Assembly: GCA_964016885.1 (NCBI GenBank)
Contig: OZ024743.1
Coordinates: 75,888,001 to 75,952,000, forward strand
DNA from: Eledone cirrhosa
Lineage: Eukaryota
Length of the DNA: 64,000 nucleotides
Direction of reading: 5' to 3'
This document shows, one piece after another, positions 16,801-32,800 of the stretch. The position numbers and the translations under genes are program-made. The notes beneath the pieces are model-generated. The model saw nothing but the letters and a program-made list of their open reading frames with translations, was not told the origin of the DNA and made no database searches. Positions within the stretch are counted from its first letter, which is position 1. Every line of letters begins with the position of its first letter.

Positions 16801-19800
16801 TAGCTAGTGAGGGCTATTGTATTATATATGGCTAGTCATGTCTATTGTATTATATATACCTGGTGAGGTCTATTGTATTATATATAGCTAGTGAGGTCTA
16901 TTGTATTATATATAGCTAGTGAGGTCTATTGTATTATATAAAGCCAGTGAGGTCTATTTTATTATATATAGCTAGTGAGGTCTATTGTATTATATATATC
17001 TGGTGAGGTCTATTGTATTATATATAGCTAGTGAGGTCTATTGTATTATATATATCTGGTGAGGTCTATTGTATTATATATAGCTGGTGAGGTCTATTGT
17101 ATTATATATAGCTAGTGAGGTCTATTGTATTATATATAGCTGGTGAGGTCTATTGTATTATATATATCTGGTGAAGTTTATTGTATGATATATAGCTGGT
17201 GAGGTCTATTGTATTTTATATAGCTGGCGAGGTCTATTGTATTATATATAGCTAGTGAGGTCTATTGTATTATATATAGCTGGTGAGGTCTATTGTATTA
17301 TATATAGCTAGTGAGGGCTATTGTATTATATATGGCTAGTCATGTCTATTGTATTATATATAGCTAGTGAGGTCTATTGTATTATATAAAGCTAGTGAGG
17401 TCTATTTTATTATATATAGCTAGTGAGGTCTATTTTATTATATATAGCTAGTGCCGTCTATTGTATTATATATAGCTAGTGAGGTCTATTGTATTATATA
17501 TAGCTGGTGAAGTCTATTGTATTATATATAGCTGGTGAGGTCTCTTGTATTATATATAGCTGGTGAAGTCTATTGTATTATATATAGCTGGTGAGGTCTC
17601 TTGTATTATATATAGCTGCTCTATTGTATTATATATAGCTAGTGAGGTCTATTGTATTATATATAGCTAGTGAGGTCTATTGTATTATATATAGCTGGTG
17701 AGGTCTATTTTATTATATATAGCTGGTGCGGTCTATTGAATTATATATAGCTAGTGATGACTATTGTATTATATATAGCTAGTGAGGTCTATTGTATCAT
17801 ATATAGCTGGTGAGGTCTATTGTATTATATATAGCTAGTGAGGTCTATTTTATTATATATAGCTAGTGCGGTCTATTGTATTATATATAGCTAGTGAGGT
17901 CTATTGTATTATATATAGCTGGTGAAGTCTATTGTATTATATATAGCTGGTGAGGTCTCTTGTATTATATATAGCTGGTGAAGTCTATTGTATTATATAT
18001 AGCTGGTGAGGTCTCTTGTATTATATATAGCTGGTGAGGTCTATTGTATTATATATAGCTGGTGAGGTCTATTGTATTATATATAGCTAGTGAGGTCTAT
18101 TGTATTATATATAGCTGGTGAAGTCTATTGTATTATATATAGCTGGTGAGGCCTCTTGTATTATATATAGCTGGTGAAGTCTATTGTATTATATATAACT
18201 AGTGAGGGCTATTGTATTATATATGGCTAGTCATGTCTATTGTATTATATATAGCTAGTGAGGTCTATTGTATTATATATAGCTGGTGAGGTCTCTTGTA
18301 TTATATATAGCTGGTGAGGTCTATTGTATTATATATAGCTAGTGAGGGCTATTGTATTATATATGGCTAGTCATGTCTATTGTATTATATATAGCTAGTG
18401 AGGTCTATCGTATTATATAAAGCCAGTGAGGTCTATTTTATTTTATATAGCTAGTGAGGTCTATTGTATTATATATATCTGGTGAGGTCTATTGTATTAT
18501 ATATAGCTAGTGAGGTCTATTGTATTATATATAGCTAGTGAGGTCTATTGTATTATATATAGCTGGTGAGCTCTAATGTATTATATATAGCTAGAGAGGT
18601 CTATTGTATTATATATAGCTGGTGAGGTCTATTGTATTATATATAGCTAGTGAGGTCTATTGTATTATATATAGCTAGTGAGGTCTATTGTATTATATAT
18701 AGCTGGTGAGCTCTATTGTATTATATATAGCTAGAGAGCTCTATTGTATTATATATAGCTAGTGAGGTCTATTGTATTATATATAGCTAGTGAGGTCTAT
18801 TGTATTTTATATAGCTAGTGAGGTCTATTGTATTATATATAGCTAGTGAGGTCTATTGTATTATATATAACTAGTGAGGTCTATTGTATTATATATAGCT
18901 AGTGAGGTCTATTGTATTATATATAGCTGGTGAAGTCTATTGTATTATATATAGCTGGTGAGGTCTATTGTATTATATATAGCTGGTGAGGTCTATTTTA
19001 TTATATATAGCAGGTGCGGTCTATTGAATTATATATAGCTAGTGATGACTATTGTATTATATATAGCTAGTGAGGTCTATTGTATTTTATATAGCTGGTG
19101 CGGTCTATTGTATTATATACAGTTAGGTGAGGTCTATTGTATCATATATAGCTAGTGAGGTCTATTTTATTATATATAGCTAGTGAGGTCTATTGTATTA
19201 TATATAGCTAGTGAGGTCTATTGTATTATATAAAGCTAGTGAGGTCTATTTTATTATATATAGCTAGTGAGGTCTATTTTATTATATATAGCTAGTGCCG
19301 TCTATTGTATTATATATAGCTAGTGAGGTCTATTGTATTATATATAGCTGGTGAGGTCTCATGTATTATATATAGCTGGTGAAGTCTATTGTATTATATA
19401 TAGCTGGTGAGGTCTCTTGTATTATATATAGCTGCTCTATTGTATTATATATAGCTAGTGAGGTCTATTGTATTATATATAGCTAGTGAGGTCTATTGTA
19501 TTATATATAGCTGGTGAGGTCTATTTTATTATATATAGCTGGTGCGGTCTATTGAATTATATATAGCTAGTGATGACTATTGTATTATATATAGCTAGTG
19601 AGGTCTATTGTATCATATATAGCTGGTGAGGTCTATTGTATTATATATAGCTAGTGAGGTCTATTTTATTATATATAGCTAGTGCGGTCTATTGTATTAT
19701 ATATAGCTAGTGAGGTCTATTGTATTATATATAGCTGGTGAAGTCTATTGTATTATATATAGCTGGTGAGGTCTCTTGTATTATATATAGCTGGTGAAGA

Positions 19801-22800
19801 CTATTGTATTATATATAGCTGGTGAGGTCTCTTGTATTATATATAGCTGGTGAGGTCTATTGTATTATATATAGCTGGTGAGGTCTATTGTATTATATAT
19901 AGCTAGTGAGGTCTATTGTATTATATATAGTTGGTGAAGTCTATTGTATTATATATAGCTGGTGAGGCCTCTTGTATTATATATAGCTGGTGAAGTCTAT
20001 TGTATTATATATAACTAGTGAGGGCTATTGTATTATATATGGCTAGTCATGTCTATTGTATTATATATAGCTAGTGAGGTCTATTGTATTATATATAGCT
20101 GGTGAGGTCTCTTGTATTATATATAGCTGGTGAGGTCTATTGTATTATATATAGCTAGTGAGGGCTATTGTATTATATATGGCTAGTCATGTCTATTGTA
20201 TTATATATAGCTAGTGAGGTCTATCGTATTATATAAAGCCAGTGAGGTCTATTTTATTTTATATAGCTAGTGAGGTCTATTGTATTATATATATCTGGTG
20301 AGGTCTATTGTATTATATATAGCTAGTGAGGTCTATTGTATTATATATAGCTAGTGAGGTCTATTGTATTATATATAGCTGGTGAGCTCTAATGTATTAT
20401 ATATAGCTAGAGAGGTCTATTGTATTATATATAGCTGGTGAGGTCTATTGTATTATATATAGCTAGTGAGGTCTATTGTATTATATATAGCTAGTGAGAT
20501 CTATTGTATTATATATAGCTGGTGAGCTCTATTGTATTATATATAGCTAGAGAGCTCTATTGTATTATATATAGATAGTGAGGTCTATTGTATTATATAT
20601 AGCTAGTGAGGTCTATTGTATTATATATAGCTAGTGAGGTCTATTGTATTATATATAGCTAGTGAGGTCTATTGTATTATATATAACTAGTGAGGTCTAT
20701 TGTATTATATATAGCTAGTGAGGTCTATTGTATTATATATAGCTGGTGAAGTCTATTGTATTATATATAGCTGGTGAGGTCTATTGTATTATATATAGCT
20801 GGTGAGGTCTATTTTATTATATATAGCAGGTGCGGTCTATTGAATTATATATAGCTAGTGATGACTATTGTATTATATATAGCTAGTGAGGTCTATTGTA
20901 TTTTATATAGCTGGTGCGGTCTATTGTATTATATACAGTTAGGTGAGGTCTATTGTATCATATATAGCTAGTGAGGTCTATTTTATTATATATAGCTAGT
21001 GAGGTCTATTGTATTATATATAGCTAGTGAGGTCTATTGTATTATATAAAGCTAGTGAGGTCTATTTTATTATATATAGCTAGTGAGGTCTATTTTATTA
21101 TATATAGCTAGTGCCGTCTATTGTATTATATATAGCTAGTGAGGTCTATTGTATTATATATAGCTGGTGAAGTCTATTGTATTATATATAGCTGGTGAGG
21201 TCTCTTGTATTATATATAGCTGGTGAAGTCTATTGTATTATATATAGCTGGTGAGGTCTCTTGTATTATATATAGCTGCTCTATTGTATTATATATAGCT
21301 AGTGAGGTCTATTGTATCATATATAGCTAGTGAGGTCTATTTTATTATATATAGCTAGTGAGGTCTATTGTATTATATATAGCTGGTGAGGTCTATTGTA
21401 TTATATATAGCTGGTGAAGTCTATTGTATTATATATAGCTGGTGAGGTCTATTGTATTATATATAGATAGTGAGGTCTATTGTATTATATATAGCTAGAG
21501 AGGTCTATTGTATTATATATAGCTGGTGAGGTCTATTGTATTATATATAGCTAGTGAGCTCTATTGTATTATATATAGCTGGTGAGGTCTATTGAATTAT
21601 ATATAGCTGGTGCGGTCTATTGTATTATATATAGTTAGGTGAGCTCTATTGTATTATATATGGCTAGTCATCTCTATTGTATCATATATAGCTGGTGAGG
21701 TCTATTGTATTATATATAGCTGCTCCATTGTATTATATATAGCTAGTGAGGTCTATTGTATTATATATAGCTAGTGAGGTCTATTGTATTATATATAGCT
21801 GGTGAGGTCTATTGTATTATATATAGCTGGTGAAGTCTATTGTATTATATATAGCTGGTGAGGTCTCTTGTATTATATATAGCTGGTGAGGACTATTGTA
21901 TTATATATAGCTAGTGAGGTCTATTGGATTATATATAGCTGGTGAGGTCTATTGTATTATATATAGCTAGTGAGGGCTATTGTATTATATATGGCTAGTC
22001 ATGTCTATTGTATTATATATACCTGGTGAGGTCTATTGTATTATATATAGCTAGTGAGGTCTATTGTATTATATATAGCTAGTGAGGTCTATTGTATTAT
22101 ATAAAGCCAGTGAGGTCTATTTTATTATATATAGCTAGTGAGGTCTATTGTATTATATATATCTGGTGAGGTCTATTGTATTATATATAGCTAGTGAGGT
22201 CTATTGTATTATATATATCTGGTGAGGTCTATTGTATTATATATAGCTGGTGAGGTCTATTGTATTATATATAGCTAGTGAGGTCTATTGTATTATATAT
22301 AGCTGGTGAGGTCTATTGTATTATATATATCTGGTGAAGTTTATTGTATGATATATAGCTGGTGAGGTCTATTGTATTTTATATAGCTGGCGAGGTCTAT
22401 TGTATTATATATAGCTAGTGAGGACTATTGTATTATATATAGCTGGTGAGGTCTATTGTATTATATATAGCTAGTGAGGGCTATTGTATTATATATGGCT
22501 AGTCATGTCTATTGTATTATATATAGCTAGTGAGGTCTATTGTATTATATAAAGCTAGTGAGGTCTATTTTATTATATATAGCTAGTGAGGTCTATTTTA
22601 TTATATATAGCTAGTGCCGTCTATTGTATTATATATAGCTAGTGAGGTCTATTGTATTATATATAGCTGGTGAAGTCTATTGTATTATATATAGCTGGTG
22701 AGGTCTCTTGTATTATATATAGCTGGTGAAGTCTATTGTATTATATATAGCTGGTGAGGTCTCTTGTATTATATATAGCTGCTCTATTGTATTATATATA

Positions 22801-25800
22801 GCTAGTGAGGTCTATTGTATTATATATAGCTAGTGAGGTCTATTGTATTATATATAGCTGGTGAGGTCTATTTTATTATATATAGCTGGTGCGGTCTATT
22901 GAATTATATATAGCTAGTGATGACTATTGTATTATATATAGCTAGTGAGGTCTATTGTATCATATATAGCTGGTGAGGTCTATTGTATTATATATAGCTA
23001 GTGAGGTCTATTTTATTATATATAGATAGTGCGGTCTATTGTATTATATATAGCTAGTGAGGTCTATTGTATTATATATAGCTGGTGAAGTCTATTGTAT
23101 TATATATAGCTGGTGAGGTCTCTTGTATTATATATAGCTGGTGAAGTCTATTGTATTATATATAGCTGGTGAGGTCTCTTGTATTATATATAGCTGGTGA
23201 GGTCTATTGTATTATATATAGCTGGTGAGGTCTATTGTATTATATATAGCTAGTGAGGTCTATTGTATTATATATAGCTGGTGAAGTCTATTGTATTATA
23301 TATAGCTGGTGAGGCCTCTTGTATTATATATAGCTGGTGAAGTCTATTGTATTATATATAACTAGTGAGGGCTATTGTATTATATATGGCTAGTCATGTC
23401 TATTGTATTATATATAGCTAGTGAGGTCTATTGTATTATATATAGCTGGTGAGGTCTCTTGTATTATATATAGCTGGTGAGGTCTATTGTATCATATATA
23501 GCTAGTGAGGGCTATTGTATTATATATGGCTAGTCATGTCTATTGTATTATATATAGCTAGTGAGGTCTATCGTATTATATAAAGCCAGTGAGGTCTATT
23601 TTATTTTATATAGCTAGTGAGGTCTATTGTATTATATATATCTGGTGAGGTCTATTGTATTATATATAGCTAGTGAGGTCTATTGTATTATATATAGCTG
23701 GTGAAGACTATTGTATTATATATAGCTGGTGAGGTCTATTGTATTATATATAGCTGGTGAGGTCTATTTTATTATATATAGCAGGTGCGGTCTATTGAAT
23801 TATATATAGCTAGTGATGACTATTGTATTATATATAGCTAGTGAGGTCTATTGTATTTTATATAGCTGGTGCGGTCTATTGTATTATATACAGTTAGGTG
23901 AGGTCTATTGTATCATTTATAGCTAGTGAGGTCTATTTTATTATATATAGCTAGTGAGGTCTATTGTATTATATATAGCTAGTGAGGTCTATTGTATTAT
24001 ATAAAGCTAGTGAGGTCTATTTTATTATATATAGCTAGTGAGGTCTATTTTATTATATATAGCTAGTGCCGTCTATTGTATTATATATAGCTAGTGAGGT
24101 CTATTGTATTATATATAGCTAGTGAGGTCTATTGTATTATATATAGCTGGTGAAGTCTATTGTATTATATATAGCTGGTGAGGTCTATTGTATTATATAT
24201 AGCTGGTGAGGTCTATTTTATTATATATAGCAGGTGCGGTCTATTGAATTATATATAGCTAGTGATGACTATTGTATTATATATAGCTAGTGAGGTCTAT
24301 TGTATTTTATATAGCTGGTGCGGTCTATTGTATTATATACAGTTAGGTGAGGTCTATTGTATCATTTATAGCTAGTGAGGTCTATTTTATTATATATAGC
24401 TAGTGAGGTCTATTGTATTATATATAGCTAGTGAGGTCTATTGTATTATATAAAGCTAGTGAGGTCTATTTTATTATATATAGCTAGTGAGGTCTATTTT
24501 ATTATATATAGCTAGTGCCGTCTATTGTATTATATATAGCTAGTGAGGTCTATTGTATTATATATAGCTGGTGAAGTCTATTGTATTATATATAGCTGGT
24601 GAGGTCTCTTGTATTATATATAGCTGGTGAAGTCTATTGTATTATATATAGCTGGTGAGGTCTCTTGTATTATATATAGCTGCTCTATTGTATTATATAT
24701 AGCTAGTGAGGTCTATTGTATTATATATAGCTAGTGAGGTCTATTGTATTATATATAGCTGGTGAGGTCTATTTTATTATATATAGCTGGTGCGGTCTAT
24801 TGAATTATATATAGCTAGTGATGACTATTGTATTATATATAGCTAGTGAGGTCTATTGTATCATATATAGCTGGTGAGGTCTATTGTATTATATATAGCT
24901 AGTGAGGTCTATTTTATTATATATAGCTAGTGCGGTCTATTGTATTATATATAGCTAGTGAGGTCTATTGTATTATATATAGCTGGTGAAGTCTATTGTA
25001 TTATATATAGCTGGTGAGGTCTCTTGTATTATATATAGCTGGTGAAGACTATTGTATTATATATAGCTGGTGAGGTCTCTTGTATTATATATAGCTGGTG
25101 AGGTCTATTGTATTATATATAGCTGGTGAGGTCTATTGTATTATATATAGCTAGTGAGGTCTATTGTATTATATATAGTTGGTGAAGTCTATTGTATTAT
25201 ATATAGCTGGTGAGGCCTCTTGTATTATATATAGCTGGTGAGGTCTATTGTATTATATATAGCTAGTGAGGGCTATTGTATTATATATGGCTAGTCATGT
25301 CTATTGTATTATATATAGCTAGTGAGGTCTATCGTATTATATAAAGCCAGTGAGGTCTATTTTATTTTATATAGCTAGTGAGGTCTATTGTATTATATAT
25401 ATCTGGTGAGGTCTATTGTATTATATATAGCTAGTGAGGTCTATTGTATTATATATAGCTAGTGAGGTCTATTGTATTATATATAGCTGGTGAGCTCTAA
25501 TGTATTATATATAGCTAGAGAGGTCTATTGTATTATATATAGCTGGTGAGGTCTATTGTATTATATATAGCTAGTGAGGTCTATTGTATTATATATAGCT
25601 AGTGAGGTCTATTGTATTATATATAGCTGGTGAGCTCTATTGTATTATATATAGCTAGAGAGCTCTATTGTATTATATATAGCTAGTGAGGTCTATTGTA
25701 TTATATATAGCTAGTGAGGTCTATTGTATTATATATAGCTAGTGAGGTCTATTGTATTATATATAGCTAGTGAGGTCTATTGTATTATATATAACTAGTG

Positions 25801-28800
25801 AGGTCTATTGTATTATATATAGCTAGTGAGGTCTATTGTATTATATATAGCTGGTGAAGTCTATTGTATTATATATAGCTGGTGAGGTCTATTGTATTAT
25901 ATATAGCTGGTGAGGTCTATTTTATTATATATAGCAGGTGCGGTCTATTGAATTATATATAGCTAGTGATGACTATTGTATTATATATAGCTAGTGAGGT
26001 CTATTGTATTTTATATAGCTGGTGCGGTCTATTGTATTATATACAGTTAGGTGAGGTCTATTGTATCATATATAGCTAGTGAGGTCTATTGTATTATATA
26101 TAGATAGTGAGGTCTATTGTATTATATATAGCTAGAGAGGTCTATTGTATTATATATAGCTGGTGAGGTCTATTGTATTATATATAGCTGGTGAGCTCTA
26201 TTGTATTATATATAGCTGGTGAGGTCTATTGAATTATATATAGCTGGTGCGGTCTATTGTATTATATATAGTTAGGTGAGCTCTATTGTATTATATATGG
26301 CTAGTCATGTCTATTGTATCATATATAGCTGGTGAGGTCTATTGTATTATATATAGCTGCTCCATTGTATTATACATAGCTAGTGAGGTCTATTGTATTA
26401 TATATAGCTAGTGAGGTCTATTGTATTATATATAGCTGTTGAGGTCTATTGTATTATATATAACTAGTGAGGTCTATTGTATTATATATAGCTGCTCTAT
26501 TGTATTATATATAGCTAGTGAGGTCTATTGTATTATATATAGCTAGTGAGGTCTATTGTATTATATATAGCTGGTGAGGTCTATTTTATTATATATAGCT
26601 GGTGCGGTCTATTGAATTATATATAGCTGGTGAGGTCTATTGTATTATATAAAGCTAGTGATGACTATTGTATTATATATAGCAAGTGAGGTCTATTGTA
26701 TTATATATAGCTGGTGAGGTCTATTGTATTATATATAGCTAGTGAAGTCTATTGTATTATATATAGCTAGTGACGTCTATTGTATTATATAAAGCCAGTG
26801 AGGTCTATTTTAATATATATAGCTAGTGAGGTCTATTGTATTATATATAGCTGGTGAGGTCTATTGTGTTATATATAGCTAGTGAGGTCTATTGTATTAT
26901 ATATAGCTAGTGAGGGCTATTGTATTATATATAGCTGGTGAAGTCTATTGTAGTATATATAGCTACTGAGGTCTATTGTATTATATATAGCTGGTGAGCT
27001 CTATTTTATTATATATAGCTAGAGAGGTGTATTGTATTATATATAGCTGGTGAGGTCTATTGTATTATATATAGCTAGTGAGCTCTATTGTATTATATAT
27101 AGCTAGTGAGGGCTATTGTATTATATATGGCTAGGCAAGTCTATTGTATTATATATAGCTAGTGAGGTCTATTGTATTATATAAAGCCAGTGAGGTGTAT
27201 TTTATTATATATAGCTAGTGAGGTCTATTGTATTATATATAGCTGGTGAGGTCTATTGTGTTATATATAGCTAGTGAGGTCTATTGTATTATATATAGCT
27301 AGTGAGGTCTATTGTATTATATATAGCTGGTGAGCTCTATTGTATTATATATAGCTAGAGAGGTATATTGTATTATATATAGCTGGTGAGGTCTATTTTA
27401 TTATATACAGCTGGTGCGGTCTATTGAATTATATATAGCTAGTGATGACTATTGTATTATATATAGCTAGTGAGGTATATTGTATTTTATATAGCTGGTG
27501 CGGTCTATTGTATTATATATAGTTAGGTGAGGTCTATTGTATCATATATAGCTGGTGAGGTCTATCGTATTATATATAGCTAGTGAGGTCTATTTTATTA
27601 TATATAGCTAGTGTGGTCTATTGTATTATATATAGCTAGTGAGGTCTATTGTATTATATATAGCTGGTGAGGTCTATTGTATTATATATAGCTAGTGAGG
27701 TCTATTGTATTATATATAGCTGGTGAAGTCTATTGTATTATATATAGCTGGTGAGGTCTATTGTATTATATATAGCTGGTGAGGTCTATTTTATTATATA
27801 TAGCAGGTGCGGTCTATTGAATTATATATAGCTAGTGATGACTATTGTATTATATATAGCTAGTGAGGTCTATTGTATTTTATATAGCTGGTGCGGTCTA
27901 TTGTATTATATACAGTTAGGTGAGGTCTATTGTATCATATATAGCTAGTGAGGTCTATTTTATTATATATAGCTAGTGAGGTCTATTGTATTATATATAG
28001 CTAGTGAGGTCTATTGTATTATATATAGCTGGTGAGGTCTATTGTATTATATATAGCTGGTGAAGTCTATTGTATTATATATAGCTGGTGAGGTCTATTG
28101 TATTATATATAGATAGTGAGGTCTATTGTATTATATATAGCTAGAGAGGTCTATTGTATTATATATAGCTGGTGAGTTCTATTGTATTATATATAGCTAG
28201 TGAGGTCTATTGTATTATATATAGCTGGTGAGCTCTATTGTATTATATATAGCTGGTGAGGTCTATTGAATTATATATAGCTGGTGCGGCCTATTGTATT
28301 ATATATAGTTAGGTGAGCTCTATTGTATTATATATGGCTAGTCATGTCTATTGTATCATATATAGCTGGTGAGGTCTATTGTATTATATATAGCTGCTCC
28401 ATTGTATTATATATAGCTAGTGAGGTCTATTGTATTATATATAGCTAGTGAGGTCTATTGTATTATATATAGCTGTTGAGGTCTATTGTATTATATATAA
28501 CTAGTGAGGTCTATTGTATTATATATAGCTGCTCTATTGTATTATATATAGCTAGTGAGGTCTATTGTATTATATATAGCTAGTGAGGTCTATTGTATTA
28601 TATATAGCTGGTGAGGTCTATTTTATTATATATAGCTGGTGCGGTCTATTGAATTATATATAGCTGGTGAGGTCTATTGTATTATATAAAGCTAGTGATG
28701 ACTATTGTATTATATATAGCAAGTGAGGTCGATTGTATTATATATAGCTGGTGAGGTCTATTGTATTATATATAGCTAGTGAAGTCTATTGTATTATATA

Positions 28801-29838
28801 TAGCTAGTGACGTCTATTGTATTATATAAAGCCAGTGAGGTCTATTTTATTATATATAGCTAGTGAGGTCTATTGTATTATATATAGCTGGTGAGGTCTA
28901 TTGTGTTATATATAGCTAGTGAGGTCTATTGTATTATATATAGCTAGTGAGGGCTATTGTATTATATATAGCTGGTGAAGTCTATTGTATTATATATAGC
29001 TAGTGAGGTCTATTGTATTATATATAGCTGGTGAGCTCTATTTTATTATATATAGCTAGAGAGGTGCATTGTATTATATATAGCTGGTGAGGTCTATTGT
29101 ATTATATATAGCTAGTGAGCTCTATTGTATTATATATAGCTAGTGAGGGCTATTGTATTATATATGGCTAGTCAAGTCTATTGTATTATATATAGCTAGT
29201 GAGGTCTATTGTATTATATAAAGCCAGTGAGGTGTATTTTATTATATATAGCTAGTGAGGTCTATTGTATTATATATAGCTGGTGAGGTCTATTGTGTTA
29301 TATATAGCTAGTGAGGTCTATTGTATTATATATAGCTAGTGAGGTCTATTGTATTATATATAGCTGGTGAGCTCTATTGTATTATATATAGCTAGAGAGG
29401 TATATTGTATTATATATAGCTGGTGAGGTCTATTTTATTATATACAGCTGGTGCGGTCTATTGAATTATATATAGCTAGTGATCACTATTGTATTATATA
29501 TAGCTAGTGAGGTATATTGTATTTTATATAGCTGGTGCGGTCTATTGTATTATATATAGTTAGGTGAGGTCTATTGTATCATATATAGCTGGTGAGGTCT
29601 ATCGTATTATATATAGCTAGTGAGGTCTATTTTATTATATATAGCTAGTGCGGTCTATTGTATTATATATAGCTAGTGAGGTCTATTGTATTATATATAG
29701 CTGGTGAGGTCTATTGTATTATATATAGCTGGCGAAGTCTATTGTATTATATATAGCTGGTGAGGTCTATTGTATTATATATAGCTGGTGAGGTCTATTA
29801 TATTATATATAGCTAGTGAGGTCTATTGTATTATATAT

Positions 29839-32800
29839 GGCTGGTGAGGTTTATTGTATTATATAAAGCTAGTGAGGTCTATTTTATTATATATAGGTAG
29901 TGAGGACTATTGTATTATATATGGCTAGTCATGTCTATGGTATTATATATAGCTAGTGAGGTCTATTTTATTATATATAGCTGGTGAGGTCTATTGTATT
30001 ATATATAGCTAGTGAGGTCTATTGTATTATATATAGCTGGTGCGGTCTATTGTATTATATATAGCTGGTGAGTTCTATTGTATTATATATAGCTGGTGAG
30101 GTCTATTGTATTATATATAGCTGGTCAGGTCTATCGTATTATATATAGCTAGTGAGGTCTATTTTATTATATATAGCTAGTGCGGTCTATTGTATTATAT
30201 ATAGCTAGTGAGGTCTATTGTATTATATATAGCTGGTGAAGTCTATTGTATTATATATAAGTAGTGAGGTCTATTGTATTATATATAGCTGGTGAGGTCT
30301 ATTGTATTATATACAGCTAGTGAGGTCTAGTTTATTATATACAGCTAGTGAGGTCTATTGTATTATATATAGCTAGAGAGGTCTATTGTATTATATATAG
30401 CTGGTGAGGTCTACTGTATTATATATAGCTAGTGAGGTCTATTGTATTATATATAGCTGGTGAGGTCTATTGTATTATATATAGCTGGTGAAGTCTATTG
30501 TATTATATATAGCTGGTGAGGTCTATTGTATTATATATAGCTAGTGAGGTCTATTGGATTATATATAGCTGGTAAGGTCTATTGTATTATATATAGCTAG
30601 TGAGGTCTATTGTATTATATATAGCTAGTGAGGTCTATTGTATTATATATAGCTGGTGAGGTCTATTGTATTATATATAGCTGCTGAAGTCTATTGTATT
30701 ATATATAGCTGGTGAGGTCTATTGTATTATATATAGCTAGTGAGGTCTATTGGATTATATATAGCTGGTAAGGTCTATTTTATTATATATAGCTAGTGAG
30801 GTCTATTCTATTATATATAGCTGGTGAGGTCTATTGTATTATATACAGCTAGTGAGGTCTATTGTATTATATATAGCTAGTGATGTCTATTGTATTATAT
30901 ATAGCTGGTGCGGTCTATTGTATTATATATAGCTGGTGAAGTCTATTGTATTATATATAGCTGGTGCGGTCTATTGTATTATATATAGCTGGTCAGGTCT
31001 ATTGTATTATATATAGCTAGTGAGGTCTATTTTATTATATATAGCTAGTGCGGTCTATTGTATTATATATAGCTGGTGAGGTCTATTGTATTATATATAG
31101 CTAGTGAGGTCTATTGTATTATATATAGCTGGTGAGGTCTATTGTATTATATATAGCTGGTGAGGTCTATTGTATTATATATAGCTGGTGAGGTGTATTG
31201 TATTATATATAGCTGGTGAGGTCTATTGTATTATATATAGCTAGTGAGGTCTATTGTATTATATATGGCTGGTGAGGTTTATTGTATTATATAAAGCTAG
31301 TGAGGTCTATTTTATTATATATAGGTAGTGAGGACTATTGTATTATATATGGCTAGTCATGTCTATGGTATTATATATAGCTAGTGAGGTCTATTTTATT
31401 ATATATAGCTGGTGAGGTCTATTGTATTATATATAGCTAGTGAGGTCTATTGTATTATATATAGCTGGTGCGGTCTATTGTATTATATATAGCTGGTGAG
31501 TTCTATTGTATTATATATAGCTGGTGCGGTCTATTGTATTATATATAGCTGGTCAGGTCTATCGTATTATATATAGCTAGTGAGGTCTATTTTATTATAT
31601 ATAGCTAGTGCGGTCTATTGTATTATATATAGCTAGTGAGGTCTATTGTATTATATATAGCTGGTGAAGTCTATTGTATTATATATAAGTAGTGAGGTCT
31701 ATTGTATTATATATAGCTGGTGAGGTCTATTGTATTATATACAGCTAGTGAGGTCTAGTTTATTATATACAGCTAGTGAGGTCTATTGTATTATATATAG
31801 CTAGAGAGGTCTATTGTATTATATATAGCTGGTGAGGTCTATTGTATTATATATAGCTAGTGAGGTCTATTGTATTATATATAGCTGGTGAGGTCTATTG
31901 TATTATATATAGCTGGTGAAGTCTATTGTATTATATATAGCTGGTGAAGTCTATTGTATTATATATAGCTAGTGAGGTCTATTGGATTATATATAGCTGG
32001 TGAGGTCTATTGTATTATATATAGCTAGTGAGGTCTATTGGATTATATATAGCTGGTAAGGTCTATTGTATTATATATAGCTAGTGAGGTCTATTGTATT
32101 ATATATAGCTAGTGAGGTCTATTGTATTATATATAGCTGGTGAGGTCTATTGTATTATATATAGCTGCTGAAGTCTATTGTATTATATATAGCTGGTGAG
32201 GTCTATTGTATTATATATAGCTAGTGAGGTCTATTGGATTATATATAGCTGGTAAGGTCTATTTTATTATATATAGCTAGTGAGGTCTATTCTATTATAT
32301 ATAGCTGGTGAGGTCTATTGTATTATATACAGCTAGTGAGGTCTATTGTATTATATATAGCTAGTGATGTCTATTGTATTATATATAGCTGGTGCGGTCT
32401 ATTGTATTATATATAGCTGGTGAAGTCTATTGTATTATATATAGCTGGTGCGGTCTATTGTATTATATATAGCTGGTCAGGTCTATTGTATTATATATAG
32501 CTAGTGAGGTCTATTTTATTATATATAGCTAGTGCGGTCTATTGTATTATATATAGCTGGTGAGGTCTATTGTATTATATATAGCTAGTGAGGTCTATTG
32601 TATTATATATAGCTGGTGAGGTCTATTGTATTATATATAGCTGGTGAGGTCTATTGTATTATATATAGCTGGTGAGGTGTATTGTATTATATATAGCTGG
32701 TGAGGTCTATTGTATTATATATAGCTAGTGAGGTCTATTGTATTATATATGGCTGGTGAGGTTTATTGTATTATATAAAGCTAGTGAGGTCTATTTTATT

